64,000 nt of DNA from the NCBI RefSeq assembly GCF_009834535.1, contig NC_045696.1:77006001-77070000 (forward strand). Reading direction: 5' to 3'. Numbering within the stretch: position 1 is the stretch's first letter; every line of letters starts with the position of its first letter. Source of the DNA: Camelus ferus. Lineage: Eukaryota. Positions 12,418-23,932 of the stretch are shown one piece after another. A program made the position numbers and the translations under genes. The notes under the pieces were generated by a model. That model searched no databases. It saw nothing but the letters and a program-made list of their open reading frames with translations, and had not been told where the DNA came from.

Positions 12418-12958
12418 CTCTTTAATCTGTCGCTGAGGAGGATGAGCTCTGCTCGGATCTGTGGGGGCAGAGGCTCAGCTTCAAGGCCAGATGCTATGCT
12501 TGGAGATGGAGATGCCTCTGGCTTTGGCCTGTGCTTGAGGACAGGGGAGCGCTGCAGCCCGAGAGGTCGTTCAGCAAGGGCCTGGAGCTGGTCGTCATGC
12601 ACAGACACTCCTCCTTGCCCTGCCCAGAGAGGCCTTGGCCTCAGCTGGCCATCTTCATTCTTAGAGCCTAAGCAAGGGTCCTCTGGGAGGCCCAGGCTGT
12701 CTGGGGAGGGGCTGGCTCTTTGGGGGCTTAGGCTGGGACAAGGGGACCTGGCCAAACCTGTTGGCCCCAACCATGGCCCCCGAGCTCTGCATTCAGCTGC
12801 TGCCCCGCTGTCTTCCAGGTGGCAGACACAGGCCCTTGCCCCCTGGACCAGGTCTGCATGAAGGGTCAGAGACACAGAGTGGGTATGGACTCGACTGAGA
12901 GGGGCCTCTGTGGAACTGTCCATAATGTCACCATCCCAGCCAGCCTTTGTCTCCAGTG
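12418..12958 (-). pseudogene. CARMIL2: Processed pseudogene fragment of CARMIL2 (RLTPR) C-terminal coding region
   Basis: Minus-strand translations give [38 protein letters not shown] and [29 protein letters not shown]...[37 protein letters not shown]. These match the CARMIL2 C-terminus as I recall it ([59 protein letters not shown]...[36 protein letters not shown]). The match is contiguous without introns, carries frameshifts, and forms a GC-rich island in AT-rich flanks. Confidence 0.88.
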
Positions 12959-13901
12959 CATCTGTTTACAAAGCTTTTATTTAAGTTGACATTGTTTTTC
13001 AAACCTTCTTAGTTAAAACAAATAAACAAAACGTATCATAAATTCATCATTGGTTTCTACTTACCCAGAATAGCAAATCTGTCACTTAAGTCTAGAAAGT
13101 TTTCAACAGACCATATATGTAACCTTCAGCCACTGGACCTAAATGGCCCCAATGAAGGAAAGTTAGATTGCTTAACATAGGGCACGTTCTCCTTCAGTTT
13201 TCAGGTTAATGGGATAGAAAAGATTGTGGGGTGACAATAATTTGAACACAGTGGATATTGAAAAATTTCAAGTATCAGAACTGAGGGTATGTGAAGGCAG
13301 ACCTTGGCTATTTGAAGTATAAAACCAGCTGCTGAACTGTGTAGAGGTTTATTGGCTCAGGTCAGGTAAGATTTCTTTTGTGAAAAGCCTTTTATTTATT
13401 AAGGAGTTGGAGATACTGCTTACATTGCTCTGTAGTGTTTTGAATGCCACCATTTTCTTCCTTTATAAAGACAGGAGTTTTCTGTGTGTTTTGAAGTCTG
13501 TTTTCATCTTCTTTCATCTCTCTCACTCTCAAAACTGAAGGAAGGATGTGAGGGTGTACCATCTCCCTTTGCCTCCCCACCTGAGAGCTGTGATTTTTCA
13601 GAGGAAGAGATAGAAGTACCCTTTGATTACTGAGAAGGGGCAATTGTGACATCTTCCTGGAAAGTTAAGCACAGGGAAAGATCAAATGCTCTTGTTTGAA
13701 GCCCATTGTGTGTGTTCACAGTATACGTGAGAAAAATGTAAAACCAAAGAAAAATCACCTGCATAGAAGTAAGCTGAAATCCAAATGATAATGGAGCTGG
13801 TGCAAAAATCTGTAGGAACTTAAGGAAGAAATTACCTGCCCTAAATTGCTGGAAGATAGGTACTAGTCATTTATCATCACGTGTACTGATACATTAAAAA
13901 G

Positions 13902-13960
13902 CACCAGCCACTAACACGACATCGTAAATCAACTATCAACTTTAATGAAAAAAAAAAAAA
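13902..13960 (+). mobile_element. Very short L1 3' end with poly(A)
   Basis: CTAACACGACATCGTAAATCAACTAT...A13 is the same terminal motif as the other L1 3' ends in the window. Confidence 0.7.
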
Positions 13961-14729
13961 TACCCACCAGCTGGAATCCACTTCTTAGGCTCTTGAACTA
14001 CCATGCAGTTAGCTTCTGCCTGCAGTTCCCCAGAAAGTCTTTTGGAACCATCTGCTGCCTTGTGGGTAAAGGCAGAGTGAACGGAGATGCCAGCCGCCTT
14101 ATTGAGTCAGAGCTTGTGGAGTGCCAGGAAATCATATCACTCGTCTTCCTGCTTGGTAAGTTCATCCATTCAATATTCTACCCGAGAGAGGGTTGAAAAG
14201 GGAGGTTTTTAAACAAAATTGTGCCCAACCCATTCAAGTCTTTGGTTAGCTCAGGGTGGCCTGTGTTGCCCTTCCGTTTGTCCTTCTAAGCAGGGCTCTT
14301 ATCCCCTCTTCAGCATCTTCCGTTCTCTTTCACTCTGGGCCGCTTTTGTCTATGAGACACTTGAGCTGTGATTTTTATGGTTCCTATCACTTTTATGATT
14401 CATGTCACTTTATCAAAGTTGCATGTTGGGGAGGTAATATCCTGGTACTTGGATGAGCAGAGAACATCTATCTTGGGGATTTTCCCATAGCTAATGACCC
14501 GAGATGCTATGATACAAGATACCAAGAACACTTAAGGAGGTAGAATACAGAATGAGATCCACCACACCATTGGATACACATCTTAAAATTGAGGTGAAGG
14601 TCCCAGATGCTGGTTCTTGCCTCTTGTGATAGTGCTTCTACTCCTTAGGGTAGATTATCAGTTGTAAAGGATTTGGGAAATATTTAACAGTATGTATGGT
14701 GTGCTTTACATTTTTTTCTTTTAACTCCT

Positions 14730-14875
14730 CCTGCGTACTATGTACCAAGTACCATCTAGGTGCTTTATGTACATGAAATCATCTGATTTTCTCAAGAACT
14801 CCATAAGGTTAACACTATTGCCATTTTGCAGTTAAATGACATGAGATATTGTATTATTTAGCTCAAAGACCAAGA
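14730..14875 (-). mobile_element. MIR relic
   Basis: TACTATGTACCAAGTACC..CTAGGTGCTTTA...CCATTTTGCAG..A motifs. Confidence 0.6.
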
Positions 14876-16039
14876 AGGTCTTATAATCTCCTAAGGCCTG
14901 CAGTCACACTGGCTCTCCTCTCCCTACTTGTTCCCAGAGCACTCCAGGAGATCGTGTCTAGTGACGTGGGTCCCAGTACTAATAACACTCTCCCTTTGAT
15001 TGTCCCTTCCCTGAATCTGCTGAGGTGGCAGAGCTCTCACCTGTGGTTTTTAGTAAATATGTGCTCCTGAGGACAGACTGAGGGGATGGTATCAAAGGCA
15101 GGAAGTATCAAGGTAAGCCTGTTGGGTCCCTAGAGCAAGAATGTCGCATTTGTTCTATCATGATGATTGAAGAAGGGCCCCTGGGCTGAAATGCATCAGA
15201 ACCATCTGTGCCTTATTGCTCTCTCTGCGACCCCCATGCTCCATTCTGAGCCATCATATTTTATTTCGCCTTCTGACTCTCAGCCTTTCTTTGGCTCTAC
15301 CTTGTCTCTGATCTAGGAGGGATTATTGACTCCTCTTGCCTTCACATTGGCTTTGGCACTTGACTTTAGGTGTTTGCCTCCTTTAAGTGATGGCTTTAGC
15401 CCCTTATCACCTGACTACTCTTATCTGGTCTTGCTGCCCCTGTGTTTGCATCCAGCCTTATGCTTCAACTGCCATGAAGGATTATGTTTTGTGGTTTTGC
15501 TAAAGGCCAAACAATTTTCTGTCAGACTTGACCCCTTACTGTTAAACTGGCATCAATGCTGTAAACTCTAGAGGTGATACCCTTTCCTATGGAAGCGGGA
15601 ATGATGCCATGAAGGTAAGAATGATGGTTGGCAAGTCAGATCGTAGCTGCCTGTCTGGTTGGCTCCAGCCATAGATATAACCTACTCTCTAAAGCTGCTT
15701 TCTTTCGCCTGGTTTCCTGGGGATTTCAAATAGCATAGGGAACTCCTTGCCCCCTTAACAATTTATAGTCAATAAAGGAAAGAGGGCAGTACTTCTGCCA
15801 TGCACAGCAAGACCAGACTAGCTTATTGATTAAACTGATAAACTGATTTTAGGACCCTGTCACTTACTAAATGTGTGACCTTTGGTTAAATTAATTTTAA
15901 TTCCCCTATGTTTGTTTCAATTTGAGGAAGTATTAGGTGGGAAAAAAAAATTCACATACCTAATACTTACTAAATACCAGCTTTTGTTGAGCCAAACAGA
16001 GATTGGAAGCCCTAACCATGACCGGGAACACGGTACAGT

Positions 16040-16250
16040 GGAAAGGTCTCAGGCAGGAAAACAGATGGATTTGGGTTTGAACGGTGGCTCAACTTTTGGT
16101 AGCTGTAAAGCCTTGTTAAGTTATTTTATCCAGTTTTAATTTCAATATTTGTAGAACAAGTACAATGTTACCAGTGTTGTCACATTTTGATAAAGACTGG
16201 AAAGCTAAATATGCTCAGCACATAGTACGTGTTCAGTAAATATCAGTTGC
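16040..16250 (+). mobile_element. MIR relic
   Basis: GTACAGTGGAAAG...TTGGGTTTGAA...AGCTGT...CAGCACATAGTA..GTTCAGTAAAT. Confidence 0.6.
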
Positions 16251-16299
16251 TGTAGTTACTGCTGTAGCTAGGAGTGGCTTTTCCAAGGAAGCCTGTGCT

Positions 16300-16560
16300 T
16301 CATCTTAATGACGTTGAAACACCACTGGACAAGAAGGAGCATGACAGAATCGTATTTGTGATTTTATGACCGTTCTGACTGCAGTTTGAGAACAAATTGA
16401 GGGGAGGGGCCCTTGGACCAGACGGGAGGCGTTAGCAGCATGAGAACCCTTGGCTAGAAAGTGGTGGTGCAGGTGGAGGAAAGCACACTGACTTGAGAGG
16501 TGTTTTGGAGGTGAGATTATAGGATTTTATTTCCTGATTGGAGGATGTTTAGTTATTACA
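16300..16560 (-). mobile_element. L2 relic
   Basis: Purine-rich L2-like motifs (GAGCATGACAGAATC, GACTTGAGAGGTGTTTTGGAGGT...CTGATTGGA). Confidence 0.5.
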
Positions 16561-17694
16561 AGAAAAGAGCTAGTATGGGGTGGAAAGGGGTTAGAAATTA
16601 CAGGGCACAAATCACTGGGTGCAGGTTGGAACTGAGAGAGAGCAGGGTCAGCAGGTATGCAGTACCCTGCCCTCCAACCACCTGCCGGGAGGTGTCCTCA
16701 GTTGGACTTGGTCGGCCCCACAGTGGAGCAGTGCTCTCGAGAAGGGGCTCTAACTCCCCTGTTGTTCTCCTTTGTACTAGATGGAGAGAGCAAACTCTAT
16801 ACAGTCTGGGCTTGGATACCAGCTTCTCCAAGGAGTCACACACAGGTGTTTGCAGCTGGCTACCGACTATCACAGGCATCAAGTTCCTGGTTGGTTAGAA
16901 CCTGGACTCCTTGTGTGAAGTTGAAAGCTATGGAGACGTCTCCCATTGGAGAATGGGGAGCCGCTAATCTCAGCTAGCTACTTGCCACCCCACAGGGAGG
17001 GAGCCTCCAGCCTCATTCAGCAGAAACTCCTATTCATCTCTGCCAAATAACACATGAAAAAGAGAATAATGGAGTGAGAGAACAGACATGAGTTTCTGCA
17101 GTTATTCAGAAGCAGATACGTTTGTGGGTTTGGTGGAGGAATTGTATCATTCCACCCTGAAGACTTCTGTTTTTTCTCTGAATAGCAGGTCAGGGCATTT
17201 GCTGAGAGGGAAGTGAATAGCGTCAGGCTCAGAGGCTTGAGGAAGGTGGAAAAGTTTAAAAATAGTCACTGTGGAGAAAAAGAAAGACATCTGCCGAGAG
17301 AAGAGCTGTAGGACTGCTGGACAGGTAAAGTTTGAGGTCATGAATTTTTAATGGTGTCAGGTCTAAATAGTTGTGTGCTTTTTCTCCAGGAGCGATGGAT
17401 TAACAGTCCAGGTATAAATATGGAAAATGCCAACTTTGGGATGAGGCAGGGATGGGCTTTTACCATACAGGTGTGATAGAAGGAAAATAAGACAAGGGAA
17501 GTTATTTTGGCAAGAATAGCTGAATAATGTATTAGAGAAACTGGCAGCATAGGGGAGGGGTTTTTTTTTGGGGGGGTGAAAAAGTAGGGAGTGAGTAGGG
17601 ATGAGATCAAGGACCAAGAAATCCCTGAGAGGCAGAAAAGCACTTATGATGAGAGAAACTTAGCAAGCATGCTAGAGAGGAGGCGTTGGGGTCT

Positions 17695-17755
17695 TTTAAA
17701 AAAATATATTTTATTTATTTGTTTTTGATTTGTTTGATTTTGTTTTGGAGGGTAT

Positions 17756-17790
<35 letters not shown>

Positions 17791-17910
17791 TATAAAAATT
17801 CATAAAATTTATTTATTTACTTATTTATTTTTGTGGAGGCACTGGGGATTGAACCCAGGACCTCATGCATGCTAAGCACATGCTCTACCACTGAGCTATA
17901 CCCTCCCCCC
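17695..17910 (-). mobile_element. tRNA-derived SINE (Vic-1-like) with (TAAA)n tail
   Basis: Reverse complement is GGGGAGGGTATAGCTCAGTGGTAGAGCATGTGCTTAGCATGCATGAGGTCCTGGGTTCAATCCCCAGTGCCTCC plus an expanded (TTTA)n tail. Confidence 0.92.
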
Positions 17911-20900
17911 TTATACTTAATATTTTAGACAGGGACACTATTTTAAGTAGATGAAAGTGTTCAGAGTGTGGCCTTAGGCTTGAAGTTTGAAGTGGAGTGG
18001 TAATTAAGGGAAGTGGAAATGAGACAGTGAAGTAGCTCAGTCTGAGAAATGTGGCTGAGACACCCAAAGTAGATAAAGATAGTAAGGAAAGAATACGGAA
18101 TTTCTTGCTCAAGAATGAAGCAACCATGACTGGGAATTAGGGTTTAGGAAGTAACTTTATGCAAACCAGTGTACTATTTCAAGGTTATTTTTTGTGGCTT
18201 CCTCTTTTACTTGTATCCCAAAGGGCTCTTCTTCTCTAGAGCTTGAACTGTGCCAGAATTTTATGGAAGTCTGAAGTAATCCACCGAGGAACCAGAATGG
18301 TTGCCAATACTCAATTATAAGGCAAAGTAATGTACAAAAGATTCAGATTCATGCTGCGGATGGCTTCTCTAGCAGAGGGGTGAGTTGAAAAGTAGCCAGA
18401 AACTGGAGGAAAAGGAATTGGGCTCCCAATGGCAAGAAAGAGTGAAATGAGGAAATAAAAGGCTCTTGAAGAGGGAGATGGCCCCCGGGGAGGCCCGCAC
18501 AGTGCACAGTTCATTGCTTAGCTAGTTTGTACCTGTGACTCTGCCCAGGCCCAGCCCCCTGAAGACTCACCCCATGTGGACGGTGTCCCTCCTGGACGTG
18601 AAGGGTGCTGATTAGCTTTACCCCCCAACCCTCAAATGAAGGTGCAGGATCTAGGAAGGTGATGGTGGGATGAAGAGAAGGTCTTGATCTAATTCACTAA
18701 ATTAGCTTAATTAGTCTAACTAAATCAATTTAAAAATTTCCTCTGATTGTAGAAAACAAGCTCACGAGACCCTTGCAATCAGAATTTTTTCAGGGTACTT
18801 TTGAGAAAGGTAACTTGGGACCACACTGCAGAAAATCTGAAATTTTGAAATGAGGGATTTAAACCTCATTCTAAGGTTCTACAATAAGGTTCTTTCCCTT
18901 AGGGACAGAAAGATAGTCATGTTGGATGGAGCACTTTTAGAAGATTCATCTGGTGTGGATGTGTAGGTGGGTTGTATATTTACATCACCTCACATTGATG
19001 GAAAAACGATCTTTTGTTCTTCATAGCTTCACTATCTACAGATCTTGGTGCTCCTTTTAAAATATGTCTTAAATAGACTTCCATTTTCTTCTGTTTTCTC
19101 ACAATTTCATATCCAGCCACTGTCATTTTATGTTTTTCTCTTATTTGCTTTCAAATCCCCAACTTCCCTTCTATTAGTTCTAAAATGCCAGAGTTATTTT
19201 TTCTTCTCAGTAACTTTTGTTGATAAAGGTCACCCATTGAGCTACTCAAAAGCCTCTCTCAGTGTTCCTATTTCAGTTAAATCAAAATCTCCAATTATGT
19301 GTTCAAGGTTCTCTTGCCCCTTCTCTGTCTAATTTAATTTCTTTAATGTCTTAGGATTACCACCTCTGCTTGTTTTTCCTGTGGGACAAGTTTTTTTTTT
19401 GGTCGTTCCCTCATTTGTGTTTCTGTTTTCCACATTCCCAAACAATAAAGCAAACTTTGGCAGTGACTGTCCCACGGTGGCATGTCAGCTGCTCACTAGC
19501 AGGCCATGACCAGCAGTCAGCGGAGAGATGCATGTACCCTGATCCACGCTAGCACGAGATCTGCAAGTCCCGGGACCAGAAAACTGCCCTATCTTGCGGT
19601 ACATTATTACAAGTTTCCTTCACAGGTGTACTAGGGTAAATCGGACTTTATCAGGGATCCAACTTTCATCCTTCAACTTCCACATTCTGTTTACTGCAGT
19701 AAGGTTTGAATATATGCATGTCGAGATCTTAATTTCCAGCACTTACCTGTTGGCAGTCCACCCAGAAGTCTATAAATGGATGTGGGCAGGCCTGTCACCT
19801 TCCTGAAATTGAATATGAAAATTTGGTTTACATGTACTGATGGTATTAGTTTTTCATGAAGAGATAACTTATACTTCTTTCTTTAACAGGCATTTTTATT
19901 TCTTTGTTGTTGTGAACGGACATTAGCTAATTTGGCTTACAGATCTCTTAGGTTCTTTTGGCTGGGAGGAGCAGTAGGCAGTTTGGTGTGGAAGGGTTAG
20001 CAGTGCCCCTAAATCTAATTACTAGGTTATATAAGGGAAGGACTCTCAGACCAGATTCTTCCACACATACAGAAATTGATTAAACAACCAACATAAATGA
20101 GCAGGCAGGAAATGGCTTATATAACCTTTTCTGTCAGCTTGATGAAGTCAGGCCTTCTGTCCTTTTAAATGCTGTGAGCACTACATTAGATGGAAGGTTC
20201 ACTCCAGGATGACATGGCAGCTTTTCTGGAAGGCAGGTTTTGATAATTCTCAAAGTCATGTCGCTTTTCAGTGGCTGGACATAGGGCCGTTTATTGATAA
20301 AGCTTTGATACCTTCCCTAAGAATTCAGGCTACACAAATATTGTATTCTTATGTCTTGTTCCTTCAGTGTGCTGGAAAAAGGGGAGCTCTCAAAGTATTT
20401 TACCTAATATACATTTTTTTGAATACCTTTAATTTTACCAATGTGAGCCCAGTTTCCAACATTTGTCATGCTAATTAGCAAGCCAGTAACTATACAGTAA
20501 AAATCCTTTTCTGACATTTTTAATGTTCATGTAATAATCAAGATAATGAAAACAAAAGCATATGTAATGGCCACTTTTGGCTTGTGGACTTCTGATACAA
20601 GCCTGTGTAACCTCCACTGGATGTGTAATTAGGGCAACTGACTGTTCCTGGAGTGGAATCATTAACTTTTACATATATAATGATATACATGTTGTATATA
20701 CCCAGGTATTTTAAAGTTAATTACAGGTATCTTAACATATTCCTTGCAAATGTGTATCACTTTATATAAATGCAGAGATGTCATTATATATATATATATT
20801 TCTATTTTTAGTTCAATCTTTTATTTTTCTTTTATTGTAGTTCTTGGTTACTCTTCCTTTTCATCACCTTCAAGTATTTGTCTTGCATAAAATGTAAAAA

Positions 20901-20999
20901 TGGTATATTGGCATGCCTACTTTTCTGTATCTTCCTTTTCTTTTTCTCTTTTTTAATAAAATTTTATGGGAGCAAGTAACCACAGGTAGCTATTCAAAT

Positions 21000-21575
21000 T
21001 TTTAAAAAATGACTTTATTGAGATATAATCTATATACCATAAAATTCACCAATTGTCTGTGCATAGTTCAATGATTTTTAGTAGATTTACTGAGCAATAC
21101 AATTTAGAACAGTTTCATCACCCTAATGTGATCTGTCCTGTGATTTACAGTAATGCCCATTCCCACTCCCAGTCTTAGGTGACCACTAATCTACTTTCTG
21201 TTTTGGAGCTGATTTGCCTGTCTTGGTTTTCTTAATATTATACAGTTGGAATCATTCCAAGTCGAGTATGTGACTCTAATTTGTTGTTTTGAATTTCTGC
21301 ATATCTTTCCATGTATATGGAATATAATATATATTATATTTAATATATACAATAATACATTCTGTTTTTCACTGTTGATGATAATAAGTGAGTTTGAGCA
21401 TGTTTTCCATGTTTTCAAGTCTTTGGATTTCTTTTCTGTACATATTTATTCATATGCTTCTCTCTTTCTTTTCTCCTGTTGGGACGTTTGCCTTTTTGAT
21501 GTTAATTTATAAGAGCTCTTTGTATATTATAAACATTAGCCTTTCGTCTATTGCCTGGATTATATTTTTTTTCTA
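21000..21575 (-). mobile_element. Ancient L1M 3' fragments
   Basis: GACTTTATTGAGATATAAT..ATACCATAAAATTCACC...CCACTAATCTACTTTCTG, followed by degenerate L1 sequence. Confidence 0.7.
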
Positions 21576-22439
21576 GATTTTTTAATTTCTAGAAAATTAA
21601 TAGTGTTAGATTATGCCCAGAGAATGCAACATGGTCTCTACTTTAAAAGAATTTGTTACAATTGTCTGTGTGAATAAGATTACTAATGTAAATATTTCAT
21701 GAGTATACATTTCCTGAATCTCTTCTGTTTGTTTTGAAGAAAGAAATATAATTCCATGTATGTATATTAACTAGTAATATATACTATATCTAATTCTGAC
21801 AGAAACATGTTGAAGACTCCAACAGTAAATGCATTATTTTCATAGGCCATCCAGCCATTTTAAGAAGTTTTGGCTTTGTGAGTTAGTGGTTCTGTTGGTT
21901 GTTTCATAAAGGTTTATTACACTGACATACTCACACATTGTTTTTTTTTTTTTTTGTCATTATCATACATTAACTCATTACATTTCCTATTTATAGTACA
22001 TCTGTTTTCATCTGATTAGTGTATGTAATGTTAAATTCTGCTGTGCCCTCTTCCCCTTCTCCTCCTCTTTCTGACCCGCCACCCTCCTTTACCATTGGGT
22101 TTCCCTTACATGACATCTCTTTACGTATCCTTTTATTAAACTTTTAAATAATCACTTACATTAAAGCAGCTGTAGCTGAACTTCCCTCCCCCAAACCCAA
22201 CGTTAGAATCTCTTTATTGCTTAGAGTCTTTTTTTGTTGTTGTTTCCATATTTTCTTTTCTTTATCATTTCTGCTTTGATCAAGTTTCTATTCAAACAGC
22301 CCACCCTTCCCTCCTTATTAATTTGGAAGTTCTTTTTCATACTATTTATTATTACATTTGGACTGCTTTTACTCTTCCTTCTCCTACCTAATTATTTTTG
22401 GCAGCATAGTTTAAGAGCAATACTACTAATAACTAACAT

Positions 22440-23500
22440 TTATTGTTCTTTTCCTCGACTAGGAATTTTTTTCCAGTGTTATCCTCAGATGAAGTACATA
22501 GGTGATATATTCTCTGAAGTTTTGTATATCCAGAAGTATTTTTCTTTAACCTCAACCAGTAGTTGATGTATTGTTTGGGTGTAGAATTCTTGGATTATAG
22601 TCCTTTTCTTTCAGAGGTTCTGTTACTGGCTACTAATTACCTCAAATTAAGGATGAGATGTGACTTCAATATTCATTTTAGCTAAATTATTCTTTCTGCT
22701 GGAAAATCTGTCGTTGAAAAAAAAAATATCTTCAGAGTTCAAGAAGTTTACCAGGATATGCTTAGATGTGTATCTTACTAATCCAGCCTTTGGTGAGTCC
22801 TTTGAATTTGGGAAAATTTTCCTTCTAATATTTATTTATTTGCTTTTCCTCCATCTCTTCCTGTATCTCCTGTGGAACGAGTAACATTCTCATCGAGGGT
22901 TTGCAGAGTCTGTCCCTTAATTCTCTTAATCTTCCCCCCATGATTTTAATCTCTGTGGTTTGCTCTGTACTTTAAGATAATTTGAGATTTCTCACTTGAT
23001 CTTCCAAGTCACTAATTTGAGTCTCAGTAGTGCCTTATCCTTCAAATCATCTGTTGAATTTTTAAATTGAGAAAGTGTATCTTTTGGCCCCAGAAGTTTT
23101 TCTGCTTCACTTGAAAAATGCTAAAGTACATATATTTTTATTCAGATCTTTATTTTTATCTCCTGTCGTGGTTCTCTGTCACAGGGTATCTGTGTTGATT
23201 GTTTTGCCTGATGATCAACTCTAGCTTTTCAGCCCTGTTAGCTGAGTTGACGTTTTGCTTGGATTTTTCTGAGCTCTGGCCTATCAATTATAGTGTTTTG
23301 AACAGTGAAAATCTTACTGGAGTGCCTGCATTATTGATCCGTAATTGTGTAGGTCGTCAGGCCTTGTTGGTTTGCTGGTAGCAGTTCTCCTGACTTCTGG
23401 TCTCTCTGCTTTTTCCTTGTTTCAGGGCTTAGGCTTTTCATCTCGTGGTCTCTGGAGTGAGAAACCCAGCACACTTGAGTGGCGTTATGTAGATACTTCT
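22440..23500 (-). mobile_element. Ancient L1M/HAL1-like ORF1-region fragment
   Basis: GGGTGTAGAATTCTTGGATT (reverse PRIL.P-like), TTTACCAGGATATGCTTAGATGTG and TCATCTGTTGAATTTTTAA resemble decayed ORF1. Confidence 0.55.
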
Positions 23501-23809
23501 TTGTAGAGGGTTTGATTTCTGAGAACCAGTCTCTTCTCAGAACCGTAACTTTTTGTTCTCATTTCTGAGCTCTGACACTATTTTTCAGTCACTTGTCCAG
23601 GCATGGAGAATACAATTTCTCATTAATTCTTTCTACTTGAAACACAATGGAGTCCAGATTTTATTTAAACAAAGCTATCTGTAAGTCTAAACAGACCAGA
23701 GACCAACTTAGACATGATTTGGAATTTCTGAAAAACCAATAAATATAACATCATTATCTGTGGAACAGAAACTAATTTCTCCACATTCTATAAGACTCTG
23801 AAAATAAAT

Positions 23810-23932
23810 CAACTCTAGAGAATAAGAAAAGGAATATATAAATACACACATGTTTATATGCATAACTAAATCACTATGCTGTACATCAGAAATTAACACA
23901 ACATTGTAAACCGACCATACTTGAATAAAAAA
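23810..23932 (+). mobile_element. Short L1 3' end
   Basis: ATAACTAAATCACTATGCTGTACATCAGAAATTAACACAACATTGTAAA...AATAAAAAA. Confidence 0.8.

Noticed and set aside
12421..12426. ATTAAA on the minus strand as the retrocopy's poly(A) signal
   Set aside because: It aligns to decayed parental Asp-Gln codons (GAT TAA), and no A tail follows.
12442..12861. 139-aa + strand ORF
   Set aside because: It is the antisense frame of the GC-rich CARMIL2 retrocopy.
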